Assembly: GCF_009834535.1 (NCBI RefSeq)
Contig: NC_045696.1
Span: 104,224,001-104,288,000 of the forward strand
Direction: 5' to 3'
DNA length: 64,000 nucleotides
Origin: Camelus ferus
Taxonomy: Eukaryota
The notes under the pieces are model-generated. The model was not told the origin of the DNA, did no database searches, and saw only the letters and a program-made list of their open reading frames with translations. Each line of letters begins with the position of its first letter. Positions within the stretch are counted from its first letter, which is position 1. Positions 50,091 through 62,344 of this stretch are shown here, one piece after another. The translations under genes were made by a program, and so were the position numbers.

Positions 50091-51249
50091 GAAGGGAAGA
50101 GCCAGCCAAGAGACTATATGAAAGATAAAGGGTGCTGAGAGGGAGTAAATTCCAGCACTTAAATATCCGTGGGTCTCTTAGCTGCCAGGATGGGTCATGG
50201 GGTAAGGTGGCCAAGGTTTGACAACTCTGGGCTTTGGAGAAGAGGGTCATAGAAAAACCTCTCAAGAGGATCAAGTAAAGATTTCTCCAAGGCTTCCTGC
50301 ATCTCATGCATTCATGGTGGTTCTGGGTGTCTGGGGCCTCTGAAGGGTCCAGAAGTAGAGTTAACCCCCTGAGCCACCACTGAGCACTGAAAGGAGGACC
50401 ACCAAACCAGCTCCCTCTCTCAGGCACATTCCATTCTGCAGAGCCAGCAGAGCTACCAGTATCTTCCTGATACTGCTGGGAAGGAAGACCTGAGAATTTT
50501 CTAGCAAGGGTTGGTAGCTGTACATTATGAACAAGTAAGTACTGTTACTAGTCTCGTTGAACAATAGTGGAAAAGGGGGAACTTAGAGATAAAGTAACTT
50601 AGGAAGATGACACAGTAAGTGAAGGAGCCAGATTTCAAACCCAGGATCTGTATCCTGAGCCCTCTTTTGTAACTACCACACCATTCAGTACCCTTCCTAG
50701 GGTGGTACCTGCTCTACTGTTTTGTGTCAAGTGTATTTGCCACTATCCTGATTTTTATGTAAGTGAATATAAAAATAAGCATAAAGGTTTGGGAAGATGC
50801 AGATGGCCAAATGAAGAGGGAGGCTAAATGGGCAGAGGTCTCTAAAGTCCTCATCCCCTTTCAACCAAGAAATTCCACATTTATATGTAGTATGTGTATG
50901 TTCTCCATAGGATACCACTGGGGTGGGGGCTGTTTGGGAACCACCCACATGGTAGGAGATGACTAGATTTGTATTTTAAGACCGAGTGGACTGAAAAGCA
51001 GAGATAGATTTTGGGGGTGAGGGTGTTGGGAGAAGGAGGATCATTAAGAGGCCGTTGGAAGAGCAGAAGATGGTGGTAGCTTGGAGCAGGGACTGGGGAA
51101 ATGCAGAGAGAAGCTGGTGGATTTAAGACCTATTTTGGAATCATCAAAAGCAGAAAGTTTCGTTAAAAAAAAGTGCTCCTTTGGATTTCTTCACAGGAAG
51201 GATCCTGTGTCCCTCAAAGTGGGTTGTTCTGAGATTCCACTAATGCACT

Positions 51250-52200
51250 GGGTTGAGTTTTCTCTCCCTGCCAAGTCATGCTGTCATTCTTGGCAACATC
51301 GATATCCTCATGAATGGTCTATTCCATGCTCTGCCCCTCAGAGCCTTAGTCTCCAGACCTCAAGAAGCCTTCATCTCCTCTCCACTTGAGCCGTCTATTC
51401 CAATAGCCATCCCAAAGGCCACACCCTTCTCACCATGTGGATCACCTCCACTCTGACATCCCCAGCTGTCATTATACTCTGACCATTGCTCTCACTGGGT
51501 TCCTCCCACAGCATCTGCTCCTTGTCCTCATTGAGATTCCTATGCCCTTGATCATTCTAATTCCTTTCTGTTTTCACCCTTCATCTTGTCACTTCCTTCT
51601 CCATCTGCCTTGGGGTCTATCACTTCCATATCTCTCTTGCTAAGATCTTCCCTCCCTTTATATCTATCCTTCACGACCATTCACACAGTGAATACCTTCC
51701 ATGCTGGATCAGTCTGACTATCTACCTTCTCCAGTCCGTTGCTGGGCACTTGGCAGCCAGTACTGGTAGGCACAATTATACAACTGTGCTGATGGGGCCA
51801 CCAGAAACTCATAGTTTGTGACTTGAGTTAGGTGCTCAACCCTGCATGGAAAGTTCATGTTTCCTTGGTAGTGCTCCCCTCTCTTCCTCTTCGAAGGTCA
51901 TTCACACTTTCTCCTCTCTCTTCAAACCCTCCATGTCAATACCTTTCCCTTCACCCTTGAGAGCTGACTTGGACTCTCACTGAGCTGAGAAAGTAGATGC
52001 TCAGAAGGGGTATTTGCTCTACCTCCCCAAACTACCTGCATGTCCACTCAGATTTGCCTTCTTCCTTCTGGTCTCACAGGAGAAATCTCTCTCTTCTGGT
52101 GTGGGGGCCACTTGCTCCAGCTAGGTCTCAAATTTCCTCTCCTGATGTTTGTACATCCTGTTCCCACTAGTTGACCATCACATTCTTCTCATCTTGGAAG
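51250..52200 (+). mobile_element. Old L2 body fragment
   Basis: Degenerate pyrimidine-rich L2 ORF-like sequence (TCATTCTTGGCAACATCGATATCC; TTCACACTTTCTCCTCTCTCTTCAAACC). Confidence 0.55.
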
Positions 52201-52469
52201 GGTCCTTTGATCATCCTCAGCCCTCTGTTTGCCTCATTAGCTGGCAAGCTCCCTTATCAGTCACCCTATTTTTAAGGTTCCCCAGCCCGTACGTTATATG
52301 ACTTAAGAGCTCAAGGCATGAAGCCAATGGGGAGCCAGGGCTTGGTGAGAATTGGGCCTTTCCAGCACCCCCCACCCCATTTCGCTCATGCACTGTGTTG
52401 GCCCTGGCTAAATTTCTACAAGGTGCATCTTAGAAACCTGGGCACCTGAGGAGAAATTGAGTTCTCTGA

Positions 52470-53150
52470 ATTGTCATCAACATCGACCTTGAAAATAATA
52501 TCCAGTAAGAAGCCAAGAGGATTTATCTCTCAGTTTCAATCCTGTGAACTTCAGCTGGGGAATTGTGTTTAGAGAGCTGGTTCTTCATAAGCCTATTACA
52601 AAAATAATACAGCTACATAATTGCAGGGGGAAAATGAAATTTTATCCTCTTTCTGTGATGGCCTGGAGGGAAAAAGGAAGAACACAGAAAATTTTCTACT
52701 TAGGAAAAATAACCAGAACCTCCCCCAAATGCTATGTAATTTAGTTGTGAGGTGCTTTGGGTAAAAAAGAGTCTATTTATCTTAAGCCCCTAAAGAAACA
52801 TCTTCATGGAGAGATTATTCCATCGAAATTTATTTTACGGAATTATTTAAAGAACATTTGTCTTTACCACCCATTAATCAGATTTCATTTGATCTTCCTT
52901 TGATTGCTCTTTAGTTATGGGTAATTATTTTAAGACTGCTGATTGCCTGCTATAAAGGATTGGTTTTTTATGTTATAAAAACTATTCAAATGAATGATCT
53001 ATTCGCCTGAACACTGTTGGGGAGGACTGGGAAAGTTCTGGGAGGCAAATCGCTTTGAAGTCGATGGGGCTTTGTCCGGGCTGTGACAGAGAATAATGAA
53101 AACAGAGCAGCTCTTGAGGTTTGCTTCAGCGGTGGAAGGTTCCTCAGGTG
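52470..53150. promoter_or_regulatory. Candidate developmental enhancer (Pbx-Hox, TCF and homeobox motifs)
   Basis: Repeat-free AT-rich block; CCATTAATCA (52871-52880, reverse TGATTAATGG), CCTTTGAT (52897-52904), TTTTACG, TAATTA. Confidence 0.5.
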
Positions 53151-53419
53151 TGGCTGGGGTTTTAAAGGCTGCAGCGGATTGGATGGAATCTCTGGAGATG
53201 GGCTTTGAGGGAGGCCCGAAGCCACTGCTGGCTGGAGAGGGCACCGTACCTCCTACACCATGGGCTTCTCCGGGCTCCATGAAGAGCTCCAGTGGAAGGA
53301 CGAATCCTTTCCCATCCCCAGTGCTTTTCCTCTGGTGGGAATCATGCCTCACATTTTCCCAAGTCCAACATCAAGGCAGACCTCAAATGTAAGCAGGCAA
53401 GATGGAGGGGACAGGCACA

Positions 53420-54215
53420 GGGAGAACCCAGCCAGTGTAGACAGTGGTAAGTCCTTAGTTGATGTGAATGGATGCGGTGCTGGGACTTTGGACAGTTCAC
53501 CCAAATGCTCCAAGTCTCAGTTTGCTCACCTGTGCAATGGGGGAAGTAAGAATACTTGCACCTCATAGGGTTGTCGTGAGGAATCCAGACGATGCACGTA
53601 AAGCATTGGGCCCAGTGCATGGCCCATAAAAGGCACTTGCCATATGTCATTATTGTGAGGATCTGGTAAATGGGTTAATAATTGCCACCTCAGGTTGTTG
53701 TCATGATTAAATAATGTAACTTAGATGAATAACTTATAGTGTTGGACACACAACAAACACTCCATATAGGGTAGTCATTAATGTGAATACTAGTAACTGT
53801 GTCTGAGCAGGAATCTGATCAGGTCCCTGCCCACCTTCCTGAGCTCTCCTCCATCCCCTCTCTTTTTCATTCGTGGCCATCCAGCCATGCTGGCTTCCAT
53901 CTGTTCCCCCAAGTGTCCAAACCCATTCCCTCCCCTGTATTTGCACTGAGTAGCTCCTCCTTATCACTCAGGTCTCATGTCTAAAGTTATCTCTGCAGAA
54001 AGGCCTCCCTTACCCTCCCCAAGTGCAGGAGCCTCTCCTCCCCACCACAACCACTGTCCACCCTGTATGATGCAACACAGGCCAACATTTATTCAGTTAT
54101 TCTCTCTCCCCTCCCTCTGGACTGGAAGTTCCACAAGAACGGGGGTCTCTCTGTCCACTGCTGTTCGCAGGGCACAGGACAAGGTCCGGCACAGATTAGG
54201 TGCTCAGAAAATACC
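53420..54215 (+). mobile_element. Tandem MIR copies followed by an L2 3' end
   Basis: TCTCAGTTTGCTCACCTGTGCAATGGG...CCTCATAGGGTTGTCGTGAGG; second partial MIR ~53660-53780; L2 tail GGACTGGAAGTTCCAC...TAGGTGCTCAGAAA. Confidence 0.75.
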
Positions 54216-54844
54216 TTCCCCAGCTTCAGCCTGTCGAAGGCCCTTTAAGGAGGCCCCATGGGGGGGATTCAGTTTGGAGTCAGCATCTTGGAGCCTTGAA
54301 AATGCTTAGTGTTCTCTGGAATAGGCGACTTAAGGAACAACACTAGACGCTAAGAACATTATGGGAAAATATTCCCTTCCCTCCAGGAAAACAGAAGCTG
54401 AATCTATAGCCTTGGCTACGTACAAAAGGGGGTTCTGTCTCCTAGGAGGGAGGTGGTGGCAGTAAGGTCCTCCTGTGGTACCCTACTTTCCAGGAGGATG
54501 GGAGAGCAAGACCCACTTACTTCCTAAGGATAAGTGCTGGGGACAGAGCTGCACACAGCCACACCATGGGGTGACCTCCAGCCAGGAGTCTGGGTCCCAC
54601 GCCTGGGCTCCCTCATTGGGGAAGGGCGGTGGGAAAGGGGTAGAAACCCTACCACATCTGTGGAAGGGCAGTGCGTAGTTCCTGGAAGTGATTCAGCCCA
54701 GAAGATATGAATGGCCTCAGGGATAACACAGAAGGTATGGGAGGAGCAGGAGAAAAGGGGCAGTGGTGGGGGGGGGCAGACATGGTTAAAACAGAAAGAG
54801 CAGGGAGCAGCAGGCTGAATTTCAGTGTCTAACAGGTGTCGGAA

Positions 54845-54880
54845 ATCCATCCATCCGTCCATCCATCCATCCATCCATCC
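54845..54880 (+). repeat. (ATCC)n microsatellite
   Basis: ATCCATCCATCCGTCCATCCATCCATCCATCCATCC. Confidence 0.95.
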
Positions 54881-56778
54881 AATTACTTCTCCCTCTCCCC
54901 TCTTTCCCTCCCTCCTTCTTTCTTGTCTTTCCCTTTTCCCTTTTTCTGTTCAGAAATCATCAAAGAGCAAGTCACCAGCTGGTTGCTGGGGCCACAAAGT
55001 AGTGCCCAATCCAAACTCTTAATTAAGTCACAAATTAGGGAGGGGGAGACAAGCTAGAGGGTAAGATACATTTCTAAAAAAAATTTAAAGCTGCTTTTTT
55101 TTTTTCTAAGTAAAGGGTGCTTTTTTCTTCAAGTTCAAAAAAAATCAATACGTTTATAAATTGTTCTATAAACACTGGTGCCCATCAGTCATGCCTCTGC
55201 TGGCAGGCTGTCCTAGGGCTGCAGGCACATACACGCCCCCTCCTACTCCTGCCTGCTGAGGTGCATGTGCTGAGACCTGCCTGTCTTCCATCCTGCAGCA
55301 GCTGGCTGAATCAGGGTCCTTGAGGCTGCTGGGACTGGAAGCGCATCTTCCAGAGCAGTGAGGAGGCAAGAAAATGATGTCAGGAGAAGCCTGAGGTGCA
55401 GTTGGAACCGGGCACAGCTGCACACACAAGGGTGAGCCGGGGGTGTGTGCAAAGCTTGGCTGTACCCGTGGAGGGGTTAAGTCAGGGGTGGCTCGTGGGT
55501 GCTGTCCTGGGACCCACGTGGCGGGGGGTTCTGTGCACTCACAGGAAAGTGAGTATATGTGTAGCTCTCAATGGCATTCCTTACACGTGGTGCCCTGGTA
55601 CAGGGCACAGCTGGACATCTGTAAATAGCAGCCCTGCAGACAAGTGAAGACGCATTGATGTCCACAACATGATGTACTAAGAGGTGAGTGCGAGGCCGGG
55701 GGCCTCTGGGTTCTGTGAAGAGCTTCTTGGACTGCTAGGGATGACTCCAGTTCTCTCCTTCAGCCCCCAGACCCCCACTCTGCCCCGCCTGCCTTTGTCT
55801 GCTCCTCACCTTCCTGGCCTGTAGGAGTGGGGCCCTGGCTCTGGCCTAGTGGTTCCTCAACTCCGGAAAGGCCCCTCAACTCCTTGTGCCCCGTCCGTGG
55901 ACAGGAAGCATCACACAGCTGCTCCCGCTCAGGCCTGGACACCCTGACCCCAGGTGGGCCCCGGGAGCCCAGCAAGGAGGGAGCAGCAGGGCCTGCGCCC
56001 CCAGCAGACTCCCTGTGGTTCTCCTTATGTGCTGCCTGAGGAGGCGATCGCCGCCTCCTGGAGGGACCGATGGTCTTGGGACTTGACGTGGGACAAGCTG
56101 GAATCGATGGCGTGAGCAGAACGTGGTGATTTAATAACCCTCACGCAGTAGATTGTGCCAGCACCTGCATCAACCAGCACATCACAGAACCAGCTCTTGA
56201 GGGATTCTGGAGTCATCTGTGTTTGATTTATAAAAGTTTACCTTGAAGGATGGCTTTGGGCTGGCAGTGGATTGCTGCTGCTGGATTATCTTAATGTCTT
56301 CTTGGAGAAACTTGGTGCAGGTTTTTCTTCCTGCTAGTAAGACTCTCATGTCTATTTATCTACCTGCCCAGGAGTAAAAATTCAACACTGCCAGGGCACA
56401 CTGTCCTTGATGGAGAAAACCCTGTCTTTCCTGAGACGTATGCATGTGCGGTCCGGGCTGCTGGCGCATCCCTGGCGCTCTGTCTGGACTGGAGCGCAAG
56501 TCGGGCAGCTCCCCCGTGTTTGCCGTGGCTGTCTGCTGGGGACTCCGGGGTCTTCACGGCTGACGGAGATTCAATTGCATGAGCCCTCTTTCCACCCACA
56601 CATCAGGGCTTGCTATTTTCTAACCCTTTCAAACAGTAGTTTAATCCGCACAGGCACATATATCAGAAAGTGGAATTGGGTAGTGGGAAAAAACCAAACC
56701 AAACCCTAAACGTGGATTCTGACGCTGAGACCGAGGTTTGAGTCCTGGAAGTATTCGCCCTGGTAGCTGTGTGGTCAT

Positions 56779-57341
56779 TGCAGTAGACAGAATAATGGCC
56801 CTTTAAAGAATCTATATTCTAATTCCTGGAACCTCTGCATATGTTACCTCACAGGGCAGAAGACACTTTGTAGGTGTGATTGAGAATCTTGAGGTGGGGA
56901 AATTATCTTGGATGATCTGGGTGGGCCCAAAGTCATCACAAGCATCCTTGTAAGAGGGTTGTAGAGTCAGAAGGAGATGTGATGATGGAAGCAGGGGAGA
57001 GAGAGAGAGAGAGACAGAGACACAGAGAGAAAGAGACAGAACGAGAGAGGGACAGAGAGAGAGATCACATTGGAAGATGTTACTCTTCAAATGTGACACA
57101 TTGGAAGATGGACAAAAGGGCTGTGAGCCAAGGGCTGCAGGAAGCCATTAAAAGCTGGGAAAGGCAAGGAAAAGGATCCCCCTTAGAGCCTCTGAGGGAA
57201 CGTGGCCTTGCTGACACCTTGATTTTAGCTTACGGAAACCCATGTAGACCCTCTGACCTCCACAACTGTGCAATAATCCATGTGTGTAGTTTTCAGCCGC
57301 TGTTTGTGGTACTCTGTTATGGCAGCAACAGGAAGCTGACC
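56779..57341 (+). mobile_element. MaLR solo LTR (MLT1D-like) with internal (GA)n/(GACA) repeat
   Basis: TGCAGTAGACAGAATAATGGCCC...CCTGGAACCT...GACCTCCACAACTGT...TGTTATGGCAGCAACAGGAAGCTGA. Confidence 0.88.
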
Positions 57342-58077
57342 CTGGCCTGCTGCTTCCCTCTCTTAGTTCCCATTAGCTCATTTCTGTTAGAAGAGAAGGC
57401 AGGCTGGCAACTCCTTTCCCGTAAGGTTGCTGTGTGGGTGAATGAAGCCATGAGTTAGCGGAGGTCAGGGAGGTGGGGAAAGGGGAGAAGGAAGCAGGGG
57501 GAGGCCTTTGGCATCAGCACTTTGGGTAGCGCTTCTCACATTGTAGGTGCTGAAGGGCCCTCTCCCCCACTTTTTAATAAATTTCAATCCATTGTGGATC
57601 AATACTTTTATAAAATACAATAAAATGATCATTAGAAAAAATGAAATAGAAGACATACAAAATCCAAGCCTCACTCTTTTATTATTAAATTCAGCAGTCC
57701 TAAATGTGTTCTGCATAGTTGCTCTAAAAGTTTCTCAACACTCTCACCTTCTGTCCTCATGTCACTTTCTGTCCTCATGTAACTTTCTGTGGGTGGGGAA
57801 CAGACAGTTGGTGCTCGGTCCCTGCCCACTCTCTGAGCCTGCTGTTATCTGGAGGTGAGGATAAGTTGCAGCCAAGGCCTGGGGCAGTCAGACTGCTTTA
57901 CAGATGAGGTGATGGTCAGAGTGAGTTTTGAGGTTTGAGGAGGGATTTATCAAGAAGAAAAGAGCAAAGACAGAGCAGAGGGAACAGCATTTTGAAGGGC
58001 ACAGAGGTGAGGAGAGCGTCGGATCTCAAACATGAATTTATTTGCTGGTGTCTTTGAAGGATAGCAGGCTGAAATTT

Positions 58078-58190
58078 TTTTTGATATGCATTTTTTTAGA
58101 CTTTTTATTTTTTATTGAAGTATAATTGATTTACAGTGTGTTAGTTTTAAGGGTACAGCAAAGTGATTCAGTTATACATACATATATATA

Positions 58191-58230
<40 letters not shown>

Positions 58231-58545
58231 CTCTTTTTCAGATTCTTTTCCATTATGAGTTATTACAAGATACTGAGTGTACAGTAGGACATTATTGGTT
58301 ATCTATTTTATATATAGTAGTGTGTATACGTTAGTCCCAGACTCCTAATTTATCCCTCCCCTCCCTTCCCCTTTGGTAACTGTAGTTTGTTTTCTATGTT
58401 CGTGGGTCTATTTCTATTTTGTAAATAAGTTCATTTGTATCTTTTTTTTTTTTTAGATTCCGCATATAAGCTATGTCATATAACATTTATCTTTGTCTGG
58501 CTTACTTCATTTAGAATGATAATCTCTAGGTCCACCTGTGTCGCC
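58078..58545 (-). mobile_element. 5'-truncated L1 insertion with 15-bp TSD and internal (TA)n(TG)n(TA)n
   Basis: TTTTATTGAAGTATAATTGATTTACA... L1 3' UTR; perfect TSD AGCAGGCTGAAATTT at 58063-58077 and 58546-58560. Confidence 0.93.
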
Positions 58546-58619
58546 AGCAGGCTGAAATTTGACCTGTTCTGGGACCTTGATAAAGAGGAGATTACAGCAT
58601 GGTACAGTGTTAATGATGG

Positions 58620-59170
58620 GGACATGACCTCTCAGCTTAAAGCCTCTCAGAAACTTCCCCCTGCCCTTGGGGTCAAGTGACAGCTCTCACTGGACCTCTG
58701 GTGCTGCCCCTTGATCCATCCTCACCTGCACCAACCCTGTGCTCCAGGCCCACGGGACTCCCTGCCCATGCTTCCAGGAAAAACCTTCCCCAGGACCGTG
58801 TCATGGTGTTCTGCCTTTTCCTTGCCTGGCGAACTCTACCTGCCCTTCTGGTCTTAGCTTGAACATTTCCTCGGGGGACCTTCTCTTACCTCCCAGCCTT
58901 TGTCTGTTACAGGTTTCAGTGAGCGCCTAAGGCAGGGTTTTGCCTGTCTCAGTGCTCCATGAGTATCTAGGGGTTGAACGAATAAACACGCTGTATTTCT
59001 CTCTCCCTGGCACCTACCACAGTTCCAGTGAAAATTTTTATGTACTTTTCTGTTTAATGTTAATATTCCCACTAAACTATAACTCTGTGAGGTTAGGGAT
59101 CATGTCGTTTCACCCTCCACAATGCCTGGCACACAGCAGATGCTCAGATACACATTGAATGAATATGTGA
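58620..59170 (+). mobile_element. L2 3' end fragments
   Basis: ATATTCCCACTAAACTATAACTCTGTGAGGTTAGGGATCATGTC...TGCCTGGCACACAGCAGATGCTCA...TTGAATGAAT. Confidence 0.75.
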
Positions 59171-60879
59171 GTGTTGACTGAGAGCATGAATGATGGGAGT
59201 TGGGTGGGATTGATGGGTAAGCCCCAGGGGAAGAGTTTGATTGTCTTCCTTGCAGTTGCCTGAGGGTGGGGGCACCAAACGCTGACAGTCAGAGGGCTCC
59301 CTCACCCTAAAGTCTCCTGCTGTAGTCAATGGTGAGACCCAATGATCACAAGAAATGAAGGAGGTGAATGTGAGGTGAAGATAGCATTTTCTAGAGAAAC
59401 AAAGTCATATCTTTTGCAATGCACCCAACTTATTCATGCTGAAGGATTTTATTTTAGGAATGTCTTGGACATTTTCTTCAGATAGCCATAGAACAACCAC
59501 ATTTGCTAAGGCTCTGTTCTATAATAGTAAAACAGCAAGTAAACAAAACCCACAATAAAAAACAATAATAGCAACAAAACAACCAAACAACCCAACTGTG
59601 CAAAACAATTAAGCTCCTTTTGTAACAACCCTCTCCTGGGACATGTGTTACACGGAGGAGACGGTTCTCGCATCTATTAAGTGCTCTATATATGATAGTG
59701 GATGTGACTTGTTTTCTTAGATGCAGACGGCATTCCATGGTCTTCTTGACTTGGCGGGATCTGTGGTTTCTTGGAGCAGATTTAAGAGCTGTAGGTCCTT
59801 GGGGAGATGGGGTTGAGTTGGGATTGCAACTGTTTGATGTGCCTGGCTTGATGAGACGTGCCATGATGGGTATGAAGACCGAGGAGGAGCACCTGGCCAC
59901 CTCCCAGGTGTCCCCCTGAAGCTGTCTGCTCTGGCTTTCCAGATGGAAGGTAGACTTCCAGCCAAGAGTGCAGAGTGACAGCCTCTTCCTCTGTTTAGCG
60001 ATAAGCATGGCTTCCTTGGAGTGAGAATTCTCAGGTGCAGTGGGCAGTCTTCTCTTTTGAGCCTCCATGGTCTTTAAGACAAGGTCAGCACTCGGTTATG
60101 CCCTTTAAAGACTTACTGACAGGTGATTCCCTGTAGACACCAGTTCATAATCCCGGAGAGGAAAAATGATCTTGTGGAAAGAAGCTAACAGGTAGGGAGT
60201 GGGGAGAGCTGGGATCTAGTCCTGGATCCATGATCTCTCTGGGCCTCCATGGATCTCACGCACGGAGCTGATTTCCTGGGGTTGTGAGAATCAGCTGAGT
60301 TGATGGCCATGGCTCTGGGGAGGAAAGTCCCAAAGTCCTTACAGGTAAAGGTGGCTCACTGGTTGTGTGGGCGGCATGCATGACACTGTCCATCACCGCG
60401 ACATGAATCTGGTCGTTGACAGGAGTTTTGCTTTCTGATCTGAGACCTTTATGTAGAAAAAGGAGTGCCTTCTTTGGAGTCATAGAAACTTGAGTGTAAT
60501 TTTCTGCTTTTACATATTTGAGTGCTGACTATCTGCTAGGTACCATGTTAAGCACTTTACTTTATCTCATATAATTCTTACAATAGCCTGATGAGTTGAT
60601 TTGCCCAAGATCACCAAGGGGGTATGTACTGGCTTAGAGAGGGCAGCTCAGTGATAAAGAGTTGGGCTCTGAAGTGGGACTAGCTGGGGTTATGTCCCTG
60701 ATCTGCAGCTGTGTGATCCTGAACAAGGAGTTATTTTCTCTGTCAGAGTTCCAGTTTTCCCATCTGTAAATTGAAGGACTGAGAGCCAAAGGGCCTTTCC
60801 CAGACTGGCCCGGCAATGTGTCAGGACACTTGGTTGACCTGAAGGGGTTAAGGCCCTATTTCCTCTTATTATTGGCAGC

Positions 60880-61295
60880 ATTGATTTGATTTGATTTGAT
60901 TTGATTAAAAAATTTTAAATTGTGGTAAAATACACATAATGTAAAATTTACCATCTTAACTATTTTTACGTGTTTAGTGTGGGAGTTCTTCATATGTGAT
61001 TTTATTTATTGGACTTTCTTGCAGTCCAAACCAAATTTATCTGAATCTGAAAGTAAAGAAACCTTCATTTCTCCAAGTGTCATAAAACAATTTCACATTT
61101 TCTGTACAAGGATTATCTCATTTAGTCTTTTTAAAAATTTTTAAACTTTTTTATTGAAGTATAGTTGATTTTTAATGCTGTGTTAGTTTCTGGAGTACAG
61201 CAAAGTGATTTAGTTATATATATTCTTTTCCATTATAGTTTATTACAGGGTATTGAATATAGTTCCCTATGCTATACAGTAAATCCTTATTGTGG
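60880..61295 (-). mobile_element. Short L1 3' terminal fragments with (ATTTG)n
   Basis: AATTGTGGTAAAATACACATAA (~60918) and TTTTTATTGAAGTATAGTTGATT...TGAATATAGTTCCCTATGCTATACAGTA (~61147-61280). Confidence 0.8.
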
Positions 61296-61613
61296 ATGAG
61301 ATCTCAGTATCTGAATGACATATTCTGTACCCTCTGGGTGGCCTGGTTGTCTGCCCTTTGACATCAACCAGATCTTCTTCCTGTCTTTTGCCAAAAGACA
61401 CTTTGATTTGACCCAAGTTTATGAGCTTTGACTTAGACCAGACTGGAGGCTAGGTACTAGGAACCAGAGATTCATTCATTCATTCCACAAATATTTGCTG
61501 AGCACCTACTGGGTTTCAGTCATTAAACCAGATTCTGAAATTTCCAAGATAAATAAGACTCAGTTCCTTTCAGGTTGCTAGTACTCAGTGGGGAGACAGA
61601 CACAAAAGACACC

Positions 61614-62145
61614 CATAATGGTTAACTTTGTGTGTCAACTTGACCTGAGCACAGGGTGCCTGACATCTGGCCAAAGATCATTCTGGGTGTTTCTGTTAGT
61701 GTGTTTCTGAATGAGATTAACATTTGAATTAGTAGTCGGGGTAAAGCAGGGTGCCCTCCCTAATATGGGTGGGGCTTGTTTAATCAGTTGAAGATCTGGA
61801 AAAGGATGAGGGAGAGGAAACTCTTCCTGCCTGATTTTGAGTGAGACATTTTTTTTCCCTGTCTTTGGACTTAGACTGACACATCAGCTCTTCCTAGATA
61901 TTGAGCCTGATGGCTTTTGGACTAGAACTTTCACCATCTGCTCCCCTGTTCTTTGGCCTTTGTGCTTAGACTGAAACTACACCACTGACTCTCCTGGGTC
62001 TCCAGCTTGCCAACTGTAAATCTTAGGACTTGTCAGCCTCCAAATGACGTGGGCCAATTTCTAGCAATAAATTTCTCCCTCTCTTTCTCTTTTCCTACAC
62101 ACACACACCATTGATTTTATTTCTCTGGGAACCCTGACTAATACA
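61614..62145 (+). mobile_element. MLT2 (ERVL) solo LTR
   Basis: ATGGTTAACTTTGTGTGTCAACTTGAC...GAGATTAACATTTGAAT...CTCCTGGGTCTCCAGCTTGC...GAACCCTGACTAATACA. Confidence 0.9.
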
Positions 62146-62344
62146 GCACAATTATAGAGTGATCAGCCTGGAGGTCTATATGCTCTGTCACAAAGAATCT
62201 ACCAAGACAGGAAAGTGGACCTTTGATCCCATTGTTTGGGAGTCCTGGGGGCACATGAACCCCTCCCCAGCACCAGGGCAGGCTGCCATTCTGGGGCCTT
62301 GACTTCCATAGGGTCCAAAGCTTTGAGGGGTCCTGGCAGATGCA

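Noticed and set aside
52986..53392. Overlapping ORFs on both strands
   Set aside because: Open on both strands with no recognisable protein; better explained as the flank of a non-coding element
59478..60068. 196-aa ORF on the minus strand
   Set aside because: No recognisable homology; C-terminus comes from an (AAC)-rich low-complexity tract; no supporting exon structure
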